DNA of 42,881 nt from Deinococcaceae bacterium (GTDB taxonomy: Bacteria; Deinococcota; Deinococci; Deinococcales; Trueperaceae): assembly GCA_040256005.1 (NCBI GenBank), contig JBDZWC010000009.1:1-42881 (forward strand). Direction: 5' to 3'. A program made the translations under genes and the position numbers. The notes under the pieces are model-generated. The model was not told where the DNA came from and ran no database searches. It saw nothing but the letters and a program-made list of their open reading frames with translations. Each line of letters begins with the position of its first letter. The first letter of the stretch is position 1. This document shows, one piece after another, positions 9,041-19,962 of this stretch.

Positions 9041-11048
9041 CCTTCACCTCCTTGAGCGCGGCCGGCTCGGCGGTTTCGTCGTCCGGCGCCACGGCGGGCC
9101 CGGTGTCGCGGCCCGCAGGCAAGCCGCGGGCGACCTTGAGGCCCCTGATCTCCTCGCTGCTCGGGTAGTTGATGCGCCGGTGAAGCACGGCGGTGAGCAT
9201 GCGCTCGAAGGTGTTGGCGATGACCTCCAGGTCCGCGAAGTTGAGCGGGCTCTCGGCGAACTGGCCGTCCTGCTGCCGCTGCTCGATGATCCTGTCGATG
9301 AGCCCGCGGATCGAGGACGGGCTGGGGTCGTCGAGCGTGCGCGAGGCGGACTCGATCGAGTCGGCCAGCATCAGCACGGCGGTCTCCTTGCTGCGCGGCC
9401 GGGGCCCTGGGTAGCGGAAGTTGAGCTCCTCGACCTTGCCCTCCTCGAGAGCGCGCTTGTAGAAGTACGCCAGGACGGTGGTGCCGTGGTGCTCGGCGAT
9501 GAACGGCTCGAGCTCGCGAGGCAGTCCGTACTGGCGGGCCAGCTCGATGCCGTCGCGCACGTGGCTCGTGACGATCAGGTAGCTCAGGTGGGGGCTCAGC
9601 TGGTCGTGCGGGTTCTCGCCGCTGAACTGGTTCTCGATGAAGAACTGCGGGCGCCTGGTCTTGCCGACGTCGTGGAACAGCGCCCCCACGCGCGCGAGCA
9701 GGGCGTTCCCGCCCACGTTCTTGACGGCCTGCTCCACCAGGTTCGAGATGATCAGGCTGTGCTGGTACGTGCCTGGCGCCTCGGTGACCAGCAGCTGCAG
9801 AAGCGGGTTCGTAGGGCTCGACAGCTCCAGCAGCCTGAAGTCGGTCAGGAAGCCGAAGACGCTCTCGGCCACGGGTAACAGGCCGAGCGCCACGACGCCG
9901 GCGAGCAACCCGCCCGCGGTCACCAGGGCGGCGGCACCCGCCGCCTCGGCCGACGACATGCCGCCGGCCACCAGCACCATCGCGTAGGTGGTGAGGCCGC
10001 CTATCGCGGCGCCCGCCAGGCCGGCGCCTGCGACCGCGAGGCGGGTACGCCGCGCCTGCACGAGCAACGAGGCGGCGACCGAACCCACGAGCGTGGCCAC
10101 GAGCGCCTGGAGGGGCGCGGCCGGGACGAGCAGGCCGACCACGACGGCGGTCCAGGCCGACCAGGCGAGGCCGGCGCTGGAGCCCAGCAGCGCGGCGACG
10201 ACGAGCGGCGCCAAGACCGCGAACAGGAAGTAGGGCGAGAGGTCGACGGCCGCTCGCTGCACTCCGACCGTGAGGGCCGTCAGGGCGAGCAGGAACAGGA
10301 GCTGGTTGCGGCTGACCTTCGAGCGCACGTACTGGCGACCGAAGGCGAGGGGGGCGGTGAGCACGATCGCGAGGGCCAGGCAGCCGATGATGATCCAGGC
10401 CGTCTGGGTGGACACGTCGGCGCTGGCGCTGTACAGGCCCAAGGACGCGAGCACCCGCAAGTGATCCTCGGTGAGCGGCTCGCCGGCTTCCACGATCACC
10501 TCGCCGGCCCCCAGCGTCTGCATGACCGGTGGGATCGCCTGAGCGGCGGCAGTGCGAGCGGCCTGTGTGAGGTTGTCGTCGGGCAGGGCGGTGGCCACCA
10601 GTCGCCTGTCGAGCACCGCCCGCACCTCCCCGCGCCTCTCGGGTGGCGCGAAGGCGATGGCGTCGTCGGTGACGGAGTCCACCTCGTCGGCGCGGACGCC
10701 CTGCGGGTCCTGGTAGCGGTCGACGACGTACGCGACGACGTCGCTGGGCAGGCCAGAGGCCGTGATGCTGGCGATGACCAGGTCGCGCAAGGCCGTGTCG
10801 ACGGTGTAGACGGTCTCGATCTGACCTCGGGCCGACTGCCGCAGGCGCTGCGTGGCGAGGAGGTCAACGACCTCGGTGGCGACGGGCGCCACGAAGGTCT
10901 GCGGGCTGGGCTGGCCCAGCTCCAGTGGGGTCCGCTGCCTCAGCCCGTAGACCGTGTACAGCAGCGCGGCCAGCACGACCGCCAGCGCCGTGGCCAGCAG
11001 CCAGTGACCCTGGCCGCGGGCTGCTCGTCCGTCAGCCGTGCTGCTCAT
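8991..11048 (-). CDS. pgpH: 7TM-HD family phosphohydrolase (PgpH-like c-di-AMP phosphodiesterase)
   Basis: Extracytoplasmic domain, multiple TM segments, then APGTYQHS...HDVGK..RPQFFIENQ, EHHGTT and MLADS; located between phoH and ybeY. Confidence 0.85.
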   Translation of the reverse strand: MSSTADGRAARGQGHWLLATALAVVLAALLYTVYGLRQRTPLELGQPSPQTFVAPVATEVVDLLATQRLRQSARGQIETVYTVDTALRDLVIASITASGLPSDVVAYVVDRYQDPQGVRADEVDSVTDDAIAFAPPERRGEVRAVLDRRLVATALPDDNLTQAARTAAAQAIPPVMQTLGAGEVIVEAGEPLTEDHLRVLASLGLYSASADVSTQTAWIIIGCLALAIVLTAPLAFGRQYVRSKVSRNQLLFLLALTALTVGVQRAAVDLSPYFLFAVLAPLVVAALLGSSAGLAWSAWTAVVVGLLVPAAPLQALVATLVGSVAASLLVQARRTRLAVAGAGLAGAAIGGLTTYAMVLVAGGMSSAEAAGAAALVTAGGLLAGVVALGLLPVAESVFGFLTDFRLLELSSPTNPLLQLLVTEAPGTYQHSLIISNLVEQAVKNVGGNALLARVGALFHDVGKTRRPQFFIENQFSGENPHDQLSPHLSYLIVTSHVRDGIELARQYGLPRELEPFIAEHHGTTVLAYFYKRALEEGKVEELNFRYPGPRPRSKETAVLMLADSIESASRTLDDPSPSSIRGLIDRIIEQRQQDGQFAESPLNFADLEVIANTFERMLTAVLHRRINYPSSEEIRGLKVARGLPAGRDTGPAVAPDDETAEPAALKEVKGGRRGDRRDRTLPSRS

Positions 11049-11976
11049 AGGCCAGGATGATCTGCGCCACCAGCGGGTGGCGCACGACGTCGGCCTTGCT
11101 GAACTCGATGAACCTGATGCCCTCGATGTCCCTGAGTATCGACTGCGCCACCTTCAGCCCGCTCTGCACAGAGCCGGGAAGGTCGGTCTGCGTGGTGTCA
11201 CCGGTGACGACGACCTTGCTGTTGAACCCCATGCGTGTCAGGAACATCTTCATCTGTTCAGCGGTCGTGTTCTGCGCCTCGTCGAGGATGATGAACGCGT
11301 CGTTGAGCGTGCGGCCGCGCATGAAGGCCAGCGGGGCCACCTCGATGGTGCCCTGCTCCAGCAGCCGCTCCGAGCGGTCGGCCGGCAGCATGTCGTAGAG
11401 CGCGTCGTACAGCGGCCTGAGGTACGGGTCGATCTTGGCCTGCAGGTCGCCAGGCAGGAAACCCAGCCGCTCGCCGGCCTCCACCGCTGGCCGCGTCAGG
11501 ATGATCCGCTTCACCTTGTTCGAGGTGAGCGCTTCCACTGCCATGGCCACCGCGAGGTAGGTCTTGCCGGTGCCGGCGGGGCCCAGCCCGAAGGTGATGG
11601 GGCTCGCGGCGATGGCCTGCACGTAGCGGCGTTGCCCTGCGGTCTTGGGCCGAGCGCGCCCCGGCAGCCGTGGCACGTCCTCGCCGTTGATCGCGGGATC
11701 GCTGAGGTCCTCGCCGTCCGAGCCCACGACGTCGCCGAACTCGATCTCGGAGAGGTTCACCTCGGAGCCGCTCCGGATGACCTGGAGTAGGTTCCTGAAC
11801 GTGTCGGCTGCCTCCTGGACGTCGGGTTCCTCGCCCAGCAGGCGCAGCTCGTCGCCGCGCGCCACGACCTTGGCACGCAGCTTGGAGCGCAGGAGTCTGA
11901 GGTTCTCGTCGTTCTTGCCGTAAAGCGACATCGCCTCGGCGGGACTGTTGAGCTTCAGTGTCAGAGAGGTCGCTAT
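11032..11976 (-). CDS. phoH: PhoH-like ATPase (YbeZ type)
   Basis: Motifs [22 protein letters not shown] and DEAQN. The first ATG is at 11931; the probable true start is ATA 11976 (see findings). Confidence 0.93.
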   Translation of the reverse strand: MATSLTLKLNSPAEAMSLYGKNDENLRLLRSKLRAKVVARGDELRLLGEEPDVQEAADTFRNLLQVIRSGSEVNLSEIEFGDVVGSDGEDLSDPAINGEDVPRLPGRARPKTAGQRRYVQAIAASPITFGLGPAGTGKTYLAVAMAVEALTSNKVKRIILTRPAVEAGERLGFLPGDLQAKIDPYLRPLYDALYDMLPADRSERLLEQGTIEVAPLAFMRGRTLNDAFIILDEAQNTTAEQMKMFLTRMGFNSKVVVTGDTTQTDLPGSVQSGLKVAQSILRDIEGIRFIEFSKADVVRHPLVAQIILAYEQHG

Positions 11977-12854
11977 CTTTCCCTCCTACGGCGCAGCGCG
12001 AGCGGCGGGCTGAGGATCTCGTGCCAGATGAGGCCCTGCAGGATCCCAGCCCTGTCGGTCTGAAGCGCTGCGGCGCCGCCCAGTCTAGCCGCGACTCCCG
12101 CGGCGACGGGTCGTTTGCCGTCACGAGCCGGTACCTCGCTGCCGATCTCGGCGCGTGCGGTCCTGGCGCTACGCCTGGCCGCCCGCGTGGTGGGCGCGAC
12201 GGTGGGGGAGACCACCTTGCCGGAGCCCTCCCGGCCCAGTACGCCCGCACGGGTGGGCCTCGAGCCTAAGGTCCCTTGGCCGCCGGTGCCCTCGCGACCG
12301 ATGAGTGACCCCGTGTCGAGCTGGGCTCCCCGCGCGCTGCCCTCCCGCCCTATGACGTACCGGTCGCCCATGCCGGCCGGCGCGCCCTCACGGGCCGACG
12401 CGGCGCGGGCAGGCGCCTTACCCTCTTGACCTGGCGCCCCCTCGGGCCCCAGTCCGGCCGGCCTTCTCTCGCCGATGTCGGACAGGCGCCGCTCCGGCAC
12501 GCTCACCAGGGCGCCCTCGAAGGGGTCGCTGCCCACGAGCGAGCCCGGCCGCGTCGCTGGCTGCGGCGGGGTGACGGGCTGGCCCGCCATGCGAGCGCGT
12601 TCCTGCTCGCGCCGCTGCGCCTCCTCGACACGCCTGCGGATCTCGGCGAGGGTGACAGAAGGGGCGTCCTGGCCGGTGCTCGCCGAGGGTCGGCCCGCCG
12701 TGGCCGCGCCCGAACCCGGGGTGCTCGCGCGTCCACCGCCCTGGGTGCGACCCTGCCCCGGCCGACCCTGCTTCCCGCGTGCGCCGCGGCTGAAGAGCGG
12801 CACCACCACGAAGAAGACGAAGAAGAGCAGGCCCAGGATGGTGTCTAGGTCCAC
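11973..12854 (-). CDS. YqfB-like membrane-anchored, low-complexity protein
   Basis: N-terminal TM (TILGLLFFVFFVVVPLF), a disordered middle and C-terminal LQGLIWHEILSPPLA, resembling the YqfB-type tail. Third gene after nfeD-floA. Start set at GTG 12854. Confidence 0.65.
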   Translation of the reverse strand: MDLDTILGLLFFVFFVVVPLFSRGARGKQGRPGQGRTQGGGRASTPGSGAATAGRPSASTGQDAPSVTLAEIRRRVEEAQRREQERARMAGQPVTPPQPATRPGSLVGSDPFEGALVSVPERRLSDIGERRPAGLGPEGAPGQEGKAPARAASAREGAPAGMGDRYVIGREGSARGAQLDTGSLIGREGTGGQGTLGSRPTRAGVLGREGSGKVVSPTVAPTTRAARRSARTARAEIGSEVPARDGKRPVAAGVAARLGGAAALQTDRAGILQGLIWHEILSPPLALRRRRER

Positions 12855-12858
12855 CTGC

Positions 12859-13836
12859 TCAGGCGCCGCCTTCGTCGTCGGCCGCACGCGCGATGTTGCC
12901 CCGCATGCTCGTGTCCGACTGGATGTTCTGCAGCTGGTAGTAGTCCATGATGCCGATGTTGCCGCTGCGGAACGCCTCGGCGATGGCTTGGGGCACCTCG
13001 GCCTCGGCCTCGACGACCTTGGCCCTCATGGCCTCGACGCGAGCGCTGTTCTCCTGCTCCTCGGCGACAGCCATGGCGCGCCGCTCCTCCGCCTTCGCCT
13101 GGGCCACACGCTTGTCGGCCTCCGCCTGGTCTGTCTGCAGCTGAGCGCCGATGTTCCTGCCGACGTTGACGTCGGCGATGTCGATCGAGAGGATCTCGAA
13201 CGCGGTGCCGGAGTCGAGCCCCTTCGCGAGTACCGTCTTGGAGATGATGTCGGGGTTCTCGAGCACGCCCTTGTGGGACTGGGTCGAGCCGATGGAGGAG
13301 ACGACGCCCTCGCCAACGCGCGCGATGATGGTCTCCTCACCGGCGCCACCCACGAGTCGCTCGAGGTTCGCGCGGACCGTGATACGCGCCGTGGCGATCA
13401 GCTCGATGCCGTCCTTGGCGACGGCGGAGATGTTCGGCGTCTGGATGACGCGCGGGTTGACGGACACGCGCACGGCGTCCAGCACGTCGCGGCCGGCGAG
13501 GTCGATGGCGGCGGCCCGGTCGAAGGGCAGCGTGATGCGCGCCTTGTCGGCGGCGATGAGGGCGTCCACCACCCTATCCACGTTCCCACCGGCCAGGTAG
13601 TGGGCTTCGAGTTGGTTCTGGTTCACCTCGATGCCGGCCTTGTCCGCTTTGATGAGCGGCAGGATGATCCGGTGGGGTGGCACGCGGCGCAACCGCATCG
13701 CAACGAGGCTGATGAGGCTGACCTTGACGCCCGCGGCGATCGCGGAGATCCATAGGCCGATCGGGATGACCGAGAACAGGATGATGAAGAAGAGGACGAT
13801 CGCGCCGGCGAGGATGATCAGGGGTACGTCTATCAC
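12859..13836 (-). CDS. floA: Flotillin-like protein FloA (YqfA, UPF0365)
   Basis: Motifs [46 protein letters not shown] and MDYY. Confidence 0.95.
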   Translation of the reverse strand: MIDVPLIILAGAIVLFFIILFSVIPIGLWISAIAAGVKVSLISLVAMRLRRVPPHRIILPLIKADKAGIEVNQNQLEAHYLAGGNVDRVVDALIAADKARITLPFDRAAAIDLAGRDVLDAVRVSVNPRVIQTPNISAVAKDGIELIATARITVRANLERLVGGAGEETIIARVGEGVVSSIGSTQSHKGVLENPDIISKTVLAKGLDSGTAFEILSIDIADVNVGRNIGAQLQTDQAEADKRVAQAKAEERRAMAVAEEQENSARVEAMRAKVVEAEAEVPQAIAEAFRSGNIGIMDYYQLQNIQSDTSMRGNIARAADDEGGA

Positions 13837-15272
13837 GAGTCTTCTGTGCCTCCTTCAGGGGGGCTGTCCGCGACCGGCTCCGAGGCGGCCGCGGTCGTCG
13901 GTGCAGTGGTGGTGGTGGTCGTGGGCTCGTCCTCCACGGCCCGAACCGTGACCCGGTTGCCTTCGACCCGCAGTACCTTGATGCGGCTGCCGGAGGGCAC
14001 GTAGTCGCCCTCGGTCACGACGTCGACGCGTGCCGAGCCGAACCGGGCGACTCCGGCCGGCCTAAGGTCCGAGAGCGCGGTGCCCACCGAACCGGTGAGC
14101 TCGGGCATGTCCTCGGAGATCAAGGTCAGCCCCTCGGGCGTCGCCAGGCGGGTCGAGAGCCGGAACGCGGACGCCACGCGGCTGTTGGGCAGCATCCACA
14201 ACAGGACCGCCATGAGCACGCCGCCGAAGAGCGCGCTGTAGCCGATGACGGTCAGGCTGCTCTCCTCGAAGATGCGGATCACGGCGAACACCATGGCGGC
14301 GAGGCCGAGCACACCCGCCACCCCGAACCCGGGTAGGACGAGGACCTCTACCGCCAGCAGCACGACGCCGGCCACCAGCAGGAGCAGGTCTACGGGACCG
14401 GCAGGGGTGGAGATGAACGCGGAGTACGCGAAGGCGGCGAGTGCCAGTATGCCCAGCGCGCCAGGCACGCCGAAGCCGGGGGAGAAGATCTCGATGAGCA
14501 GGCCGCCGATGCCTATGACGAGCAGCGCCGCGGCCAGCAGCGGTTGAGACAGGAAGGCGCCCAGGCGCTCGGCGAAGCCCGGCTCGAGCCTCTCGACGGG
14601 CACGCCGCCGTAGCCGAAGTCAGCCAGCGCCTGCGACAGAGTGGCCGCCTGGGTGTCCGCGATGCCGTGCTCGACGGCCTGCGCGGCCGTGAGGGTCACC
14701 AGCTCCGACGCCGTGGACAGGCCCGGGATCACGACCGCCGGGTCCACCATGCCCTCGGCCACGGTCGCGTTGCGCCCGCGGGCCTCGGCGACGCTGCGGA
14801 ACTCGCCGCGCAAGGCCGAGGAGAACTTCTCGTCCACGGCGCTTATCCCCACCGGCGTCGCCAGTATTGGGAGGGCGGCGCCGATGCTGGAGCCCGGCAG
14901 CATCGCCAGCCTCTCGGCGGACATCGCGATGAGGGCGCCGGCGCTGAACGCGTTCTGTACGACGGCCAGCGTGGGCACCTGTGCCTCGTGGAGGATGATC
15001 CCGACGATGTCCTGCATGGCGTCCACGGCACCGCCGGGCGTGTCGAGGTAGAACGCTATCGCCAACGGGCGCTGGTCGTTGGCGCGCTGCACGCGGTTCC
15101 TGAGGAAGGCCGTCGTGGCAGCGGTGATCTCGCCCTCCACTGGGATGAGCCAGACCTCGTTGAGTACGCTGCCCGATGATTGCTGCGCCAGGCTGAGGCC
15201 AGGCGCGACGAAAGCGGCCACAGCGAGCGCGGCCAGGACGAGGCGCCGCGCCGCGCCGGTCGTTGACATCAC
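13833..15272 (-). CDS. nfeD: NfeD (YqeZ-like) membrane-bound serine protease
   Basis: ClpP-like DTPGG and AFSAGALIA, a TM bundle (EIFSPGFG) and a C-terminal OB fold (DLRPAG...VDVVTEG). GTG 15272 lies 6 nt after TATCTT. Confidence 0.9.
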   Translation of the reverse strand: MMSTTGAARRLVLAALAVAAFVAPGLSLAQQSSGSVLNEVWLIPVEGEITAATTAFLRNRVQRANDQRPLAIAFYLDTPGGAVDAMQDIVGIILHEAQVPTLAVVQNAFSAGALIAMSAERLAMLPGSSIGAALPILATPVGISAVDEKFSSALRGEFRSVAEARGRNATVAEGMVDPAVVIPGLSTASELVTLTAAQAVEHGIADTQAATLSQALADFGYGGVPVERLEPGFAERLGAFLSQPLLAAALLVIGIGGLLIEIFSPGFGVPGALGILALAAFAYSAFISTPAGPVDLLLLVAGVVLLAVEVLVLPGFGVAGVLGLAAMVFAVIRIFEESSLTVIGYSALFGGVLMAVLLWMLPNSRVASAFRLSTRLATPEGLTLISEDMPELTGSVGTALSDLRPAGVARFGSARVDVVTEGDYVPSGSRIKVLRVEGNRVTVRAVEDEPTTTTTTAPTTAAASEPVADSPPEGGTEDS

Positions 15273-15396
15273 GGCGTCAAGATACCACGGTGCCCCCTGC
15301 CGAACGGACCTCAGGCTTGCCGATGGGCAAGGGGACCTTCGTGCCGCAGGGGGCGTTCGCGAGGGGTCGCGCTGTCGCTGGTCGACCGCAACGAAG

Positions 15397-15423
15397 GGCG
15401 CCCCCACGTTATGCGGGGGCGCC
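15397..15423 (-). terminator. Probable intrinsic terminator after tRNA-Trp
   Basis: Minus-strand hairpin GGCGCCCCCGC-ATAAC-GTGGGGGCGCC followed by CTTCGTT. Confidence 0.65.
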
Positions 15424-15433
15424 GAGAGGCTCG

Positions 15434-15509
<76 letters not shown>

Positions 15510-15609
15510 AAGGGATGCGTGCCCGGCGAGCCGAAGGCAGAGTATACCCCGCGTCAGAAGGGGCAGGGTATACCTCGTGGAAACCAGCCGGGTGCTATAA
15601 CGTGGACGC

Positions 15610-15999
15610 ATGCAGGCAGTGATCAACGACCAGGAGAGGGTGCGCTTCACCCAGGCCGGCGCGGCTCGCGCCAAGGACCTGCTCTCCGGTAGCGGCGTAG
15701 CGGGCGGGGCCGTGCGCATCTTCGTCAAGTCAGGCGGGTGCTCGGGCTACCAGTACGGCATGAAGATCGATGACACCCGTCTGGAGGGCGACCGCGAGTT
15801 CGATTCCGAGGGCGTGAAGCTGGTCATCGACCAGCGCAGTTGGCCGCTGTTGAAGGGCTGCGAGGTCGACTTCGTCGAGAACCTCATGGGCGGCGGCTTC
15901 AGCGTCAGGAACCCCAACGCGTCGAGCGAATGCGGCTGCGGGCACAGCTTCCGCACCGACGGCGCGCCGCCGCCAGTCGACGGCGCCAGCTGCAGCTAG
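15610..15999 (+). CDS. A-type Fe-S cluster carrier (HesB/IscA/ErpA family)
   Basis: Motifs [12 protein letters not shown] and CGCGHSF; TAACGT 6 nt upstream of the ATG. Confidence 0.93.
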   Translation: MQAVINDQERVRFTQAGAARAKDLLSGSGVAGGAVRIFVKSGGCSGYQYGMKIDDTRLEGDREFDSEGVKLVIDQRSWPLLKGCEVDFVENLMGGGFSVRNPNASSECGCGHSFRTDGAPPPVDGASCS

Positions 16000-16042
16000 C
16001 CTAGGGGCACCCGGCACGCTAGCAGCCTGAACTAGAGAGCGA

Positions 16043-16720
16043 TCAGAAGCGGACGTCTTCCTCGCCTAGGTCCCAGATGGGGCCAGTCAGGCCGTGTTGC
16101 CGGAAGATCTCCGCTGCCTGCTTGACGGACCACTTCGTCCAGTCCGAGTCGGCATGGCGCCCGTACCACTCTCGTGCGAACCGCCAGACCTGCTCCACCG
16201 GGCGAACGTCGCCCTTGGGAACCCCGCGTTCCAGACACCACTCGTCCACTGCAGCTTCGTCGCTGAAAAGCAGCATCACGGAGCAGGTGTACGTCACGTT
16301 GTCCCAGGCCCGATGCATCGGCACGGGAAAGTGAACGACGCAGCCTGTTTCGCGCACCTGGCCGTCCACGATCCTGAGCGTCACGTGTTCTTCCAGCGCT
16401 CCCAGACGGGTCTCTATGAGGGCGTCGCCGCCGGCGAGGTGAGCCACCCCGAGCGAGCACCATGCACAGTTGCCCCACCAGCGCCTGCTGCCTGCATGGA
16501 CGACGAAGTTGGTCGGAGCGGCGGAGAAGGGATGGGCGACCCAGACCTCGTCCGACTTCGGGTGTAAGACGACGCCGTGGTACTCGGCCAGGGCGCGCAG
16601 CGAGCCGCGCACATCGTGCGTCGTCCGTCCGAAGCGCTCCGCCAACTCGGCGACCGTGGGTGGCCGTTGGTTCCGCAGGAAGCCGCCGATGATCGCGGCA
16701 TGGAGGCTCGAGAGTTCCAA
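16043..16720 (-). CDS. Alkylmercury lyase (MerB)-like protein
   Basis: N-terminal HTH-like segment, then HPFSAAPTNF, WWGNCAWCSLG and TCSVMLLF. TTG start with a GGGAG RBS. Confidence 0.75.
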   Translation of the reverse strand: MELSSLHAAIIGGFLRNQRPPTVAELAERFGRTTHDVRGSLRALAEYHGVVLHPKSDEVWVAHPFSAAPTNFVVHAGSRRWWGNCAWCSLGVAHLAGGDALIETRLGALEEHVTLRIVDGQVRETGCVVHFPVPMHRAWDNVTYTCSVMLLFSDEAAVDEWCLERGVPKGDVRPVEQVWRFAREWYGRHADSDWTKWSVKQAAEIFRQHGLTGPIWDLGEEDVRF

Positions 16721-16728
16721 GGTCTCCC

Positions 16729-18186
16729 TCAGGATCCCGGGGCGCCCCGCTCCTCGAACCTGTGGCGCAGCACCGGCTGCCGCGCCGCCTTGACCTCGTC
16801 GAGCCGCCTCACGGGTGTCTCGTAGGGAGCGTTCGCCAGGTAGTTCGGGTCCTCGGCCGCTCGCTCCAACACCTGCTGTAGGGCGTCGACGTAGGCGTCG
16901 AGCGTCTCCAGCGACTCGGTCTCGGTGGGCTCGATCATCATCGCCTCCTTCACCGTCAGAGGGAAGTAGACGGTCATAGGGTGCATGCCGAAGTCGAGCA
17001 GCGCCTTGGCGATGTCGAGCGTCCGCATGCCCTCCGGCGGTTGGGCGACGAACTCGTGCATGTTCACGCGGTCGAAGGGCACCCTGAAGCCGATCTCTTT
17101 GAGCTTCACGCGCAGGTAGTTCGCGTTGAGCACGGCGTGCCCGCTCACCTCCCGCAACCCCTCGCGTCCCAGCGCCCTGATGTACGTGTAGGCCCTCACC
17201 AGGTTGCCGAAGTTACCGAAGTGGCTCCGCAGGCGGCCGATCGAACGCGGGCGGTCCTCGTCGATCACGTACTCGTCGCCCCGCTTCGCGATGATCGGCA
17301 CGGGCAGGAAGTCGCGCAGCTTCGCCTTGACGCCCACCGGACCCGTGCCCGGGCCGCCACCGCCGTGGGGCGTGGTGAACGTCTTGTGCAGGTTGAGGTG
17401 CACGACGTCGAAGCCCATGTCGCCGGGCCTGACGCGTCCGAGGATGGCGTTGAGGTTCGCACCGTCGTAGTAGAGGAGGGCGCCCGCCGCGTGTGCGATG
17501 TCCGCCAGCTTCCGGATCTTCCGCTCGAAGAGGCCCAGTGTGTTCGGGTTCGTGAGCATGACGGCAGCCACGTCGGCGCCCATGGCAGCCTCGAAGGCCG
17601 CCAGGTCCACCTCGCCCGACGCGTCCGTGGGCACCTCGCGCACCTCGTATCCGGCCATCGCGGCCGTGGCTGGGTTCGTGCCGTGAGCGCTGTCCGGCAC
17701 GATCACGACGCGGCGCTGGTCGCCCTCGCCGCGCGACTCGTGGAACGCCCGGATCATCAAGACCCCGGCCAGCTCGCCATGCGCGCCGGCGGCCGGCTGC
17801 AGGCTGAACGCGTCCATGCCGGTGATCGCTGCCAGGTCGTCCTGCAGCTCGTACATCAGTTGCAGGGCGCCCTGGGCCGTCTCTGGGGCTTGATAGGGGT
17901 GGATGTCCTGGAAGAGGCGAGCCGCCTCCTCGTTGACCTTGGGGTTGTACTTCATCGTGCAGGAGCCCAGCGGGTAGAAGTTCGCATCGATACTGAACTG
18001 CCTGTGCGCCAGTTGCGTGTAGTGCCGCACCAGGTCGAGCTCGGACACCTCCGGCAGCCTGGGCGGCTGCTTTCGCAGGTTCTCGCCGCCCAGTGCTGCT
18101 TCGAGGTCGAACTGCCGCGGCTGCGGAGGCTGGGCACCGCGCCTGCCCGGCCTGGACCGCTCGTAGATGACCGGGAAGTCAGCCAT
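16729..18186 (-). CDS. gcvPB: Glycine dehydrogenase (decarboxylating) subunit 2
   Basis: Motifs [20 protein letters not shown] and the PLP-lysine motif [18 protein letters not shown]. Start ATG 18186 (MADFPVIYE). Confidence 0.96.
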   Translation of the reverse strand: MADFPVIYERSRPGRRGAQPPQPRQFDLEAALGGENLRKQPPRLPEVSELDLVRHYTQLAHRQFSIDANFYPLGSCTMKYNPKVNEEAARLFQDIHPYQAPETAQGALQLMYELQDDLAAITGMDAFSLQPAAGAHGELAGVLMIRAFHESRGEGDQRRVVIVPDSAHGTNPATAAMAGYEVREVPTDASGEVDLAAFEAAMGADVAAVMLTNPNTLGLFERKIRKLADIAHAAGALLYYDGANLNAILGRVRPGDMGFDVVHLNLHKTFTTPHGGGGPGTGPVGVKAKLRDFLPVPIIAKRGDEYVIDEDRPRSIGRLRSHFGNFGNLVRAYTYIRALGREGLREVSGHAVLNANYLRVKLKEIGFRVPFDRVNMHEFVAQPPEGMRTLDIAKALLDFGMHPMTVYFPLTVKEAMMIEPTETESLETLDAYVDALQQVLERAAEDPNYLANAPYETPVRRLDEVKAARQPVLRHRFEERGAPGS

Positions 18187-19522
18187 GGGCCACCTCCCGG
18201 GCCCGTGCCGCTCCGATCTCGGCCAGCGCGGTCGCAAGGGCGGTGATGTCCTCGTCTCGGACACGCTCCGTGGCCGACAGCAGGACCGCGTCCCCCAGGC
18301 CGTACTCGGCGGGAACCGGCACGCCGGCGTGGATGCCCCGACGGGCGAGCTCCGACCGGACCGCGGCAGCGTCCATAGCCACGGGCAGCACGAACTCCGA
18401 GAAGTACCTGGCTGCCGTGTGGGGCGCCAGGCCGGCGGCCTCGAGCCGGGTAGCGAGCGTGTGGGCGCGCTCGACGGAACCCGTGGCGACCTCGCGCAGC
18501 CCCTGGGGACCGAGGGCACCCACGTTGACCGTGGCCATGAGCGCCGCCAACTGGTGGTTCGTGCAGATGTTCGACTTCGCCCGGCTGCGGCGGATGTGCT
18601 GCTCGCGGGCCTGCAGGGTGAGCACGAAGGCCCTCTTGCCATCCACGTCGGTCGTCTGCCCGACGATGCGGCCGGGGAACTGCCTGAGCAGCTCCTCCTT
18701 CACGACCATGAAGCCGAAGCTGGGCCCGCCGAAGTTCGCGGGGTTCCCCAGGGTCTGGCCGTCTCCGACCGCGACATCGGCGCCGTACGCTCCCGGCGGC
18801 GCGAGGAGCGCGAGCGACAGCGGATCCACGACGGCGATCATCAGCGCCCCGGCGGCGTGGGTGGCCGCGGTGAGTGCCGTCATCTCCTCGATGTAGCCCA
18901 GGAAGTTCGGCTGTTGCACCACCACGCCGGCCACGTCTTCCGGCACGAAGAGACGCGGCGTGGTCAGAGGGTCGAGGTCGACGACGTCCAGCGTCACGCC
19001 GAGCGGGTGCAGGTAGGTAGCCAGGACGGCGCGCGTCTCCGGATGCACGCCGCGGCTCACCATCACGCGTTCGCGGCGCGTCTGCCTGACGGCCAGCAGG
19101 GCCGCCTCGGCCGTCGCCGTGGCGCCGTCGTACATGCTGGCGTTGCTCACGTCCAGGCCGGTGAGCTCGCACATCATGGTCTGGTACTCGAAGGTCGCCT
19201 GCAGGATGCCCTGCGAGACCTCGGGCTGGTAAGGCGTGTAAGCCGTCACGAACTCGCTCTGCAGGGCCAGGTGGGGCGTGACGCTGGGGATGAAGTGCCT
19301 ACGCACCCCGCCGCCCAGGAAGTCCGGTCCACTCATGCTGTTCTTGGCTGCCAACGACCGCAGATGGTCCAGTAGGGCCACCTCGTCGATGCCGCGTGGC
19401 AGGTCCATCTCGGGGTCGCGCAGCTCGCGGGGCAGGTCGTCGAACAGCTCCTCGATCGAACCGACCCCTATGGTCTGGAGCGCCTTGGAGACGTCCTCTT
19501 CAGTGTGGGGGTGGTAGCGCAA
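18179..19522 (-). CDS. gcvPA: Glycine dehydrogenase (decarboxylating) subunit 1
   Basis: Motifs [21 protein letters not shown] and REQHIRR...SNICTN; TTG start. Confidence 0.96.
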   Translation of the reverse strand: MRYHPHTEEDVSKALQTIGVGSIEELFDDLPRELRDPEMDLPRGIDEVALLDHLRSLAAKNSMSGPDFLGGGVRRHFIPSVTPHLALQSEFVTAYTPYQPEVSQGILQATFEYQTMMCELTGLDVSNASMYDGATATAEAALLAVRQTRRERVMVSRGVHPETRAVLATYLHPLGVTLDVVDLDPLTTPRLFVPEDVAGVVVQQPNFLGYIEEMTALTAATHAAGALMIAVVDPLSLALLAPPGAYGADVAVGDGQTLGNPANFGGPSFGFMVVKEELLRQFPGRIVGQTTDVDGKRAFVLTLQAREQHIRRSRAKSNICTNHQLAALMATVNVGALGPQGLREVATGSVERAHTLATRLEAAGLAPHTAARYFSEFVLPVAMDAAAVRSELARRGIHAGVPVPAEYGLGDAVLLSATERVRDEDITALATALAEIGAARAREVAHG

Positions 19523-19524
19523 GG

Positions 19525-19911
19525 TCAGTCTTCGTCCAGGCTGCGTACGTACGCGGCGGCGTCCAAGAGGCCGTCGAGCTCGGCGTCGTTGCCGCCGCTG
19601 ATGCGGAACAGCCAGCCGTCGCCGTACGGGCTCTCGTTGACGGTCTCGGGCTTGGCGTCCAAGGACGCGTTCACGGCGGTGATCTCGCCACTGACCGGCG
19701 CGTAGATGTCCGAGGCGGTCTTCACCGACTCGATCACCGCCACGGTGTCTCCCGCCTTGACGTGGCGGCCCACCTCGGGCAGCTCGACGAACACCACGTC
19801 ACCGAGTTGGTCCTGCGCATGGTCGGTGATGCCCACGGTCACGACGCCGCCGCCGTCCTGGCGAACCCACTCGTGCGACTTGGCGTACCTGAGGTCCTCT
19901 GGCGTGTTCAT
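19525..19911 (-). CDS. gcvH: Glycine cleavage system H protein
   Basis: Motifs [11 protein letters not shown] and lipoyl-lysine ESVK; GGAGG RBS. Confidence 0.97.
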   Translation of the reverse strand: MNTPEDLRYAKSHEWVRQDGGGVVTVGITDHAQDQLGDVVFVELPEVGRHVKAGDTVAVIESVKTASDIYAPVSGEITAVNASLDAKPETVNESPYGDGWLFRISGGNDAELDGLLDAAAYVRSLDED

Positions 19912-19962
19912 GCTGCTGCTCCTCCACGGGACGTACTTATCGGTCTATCCAAGTCGTCTCTG

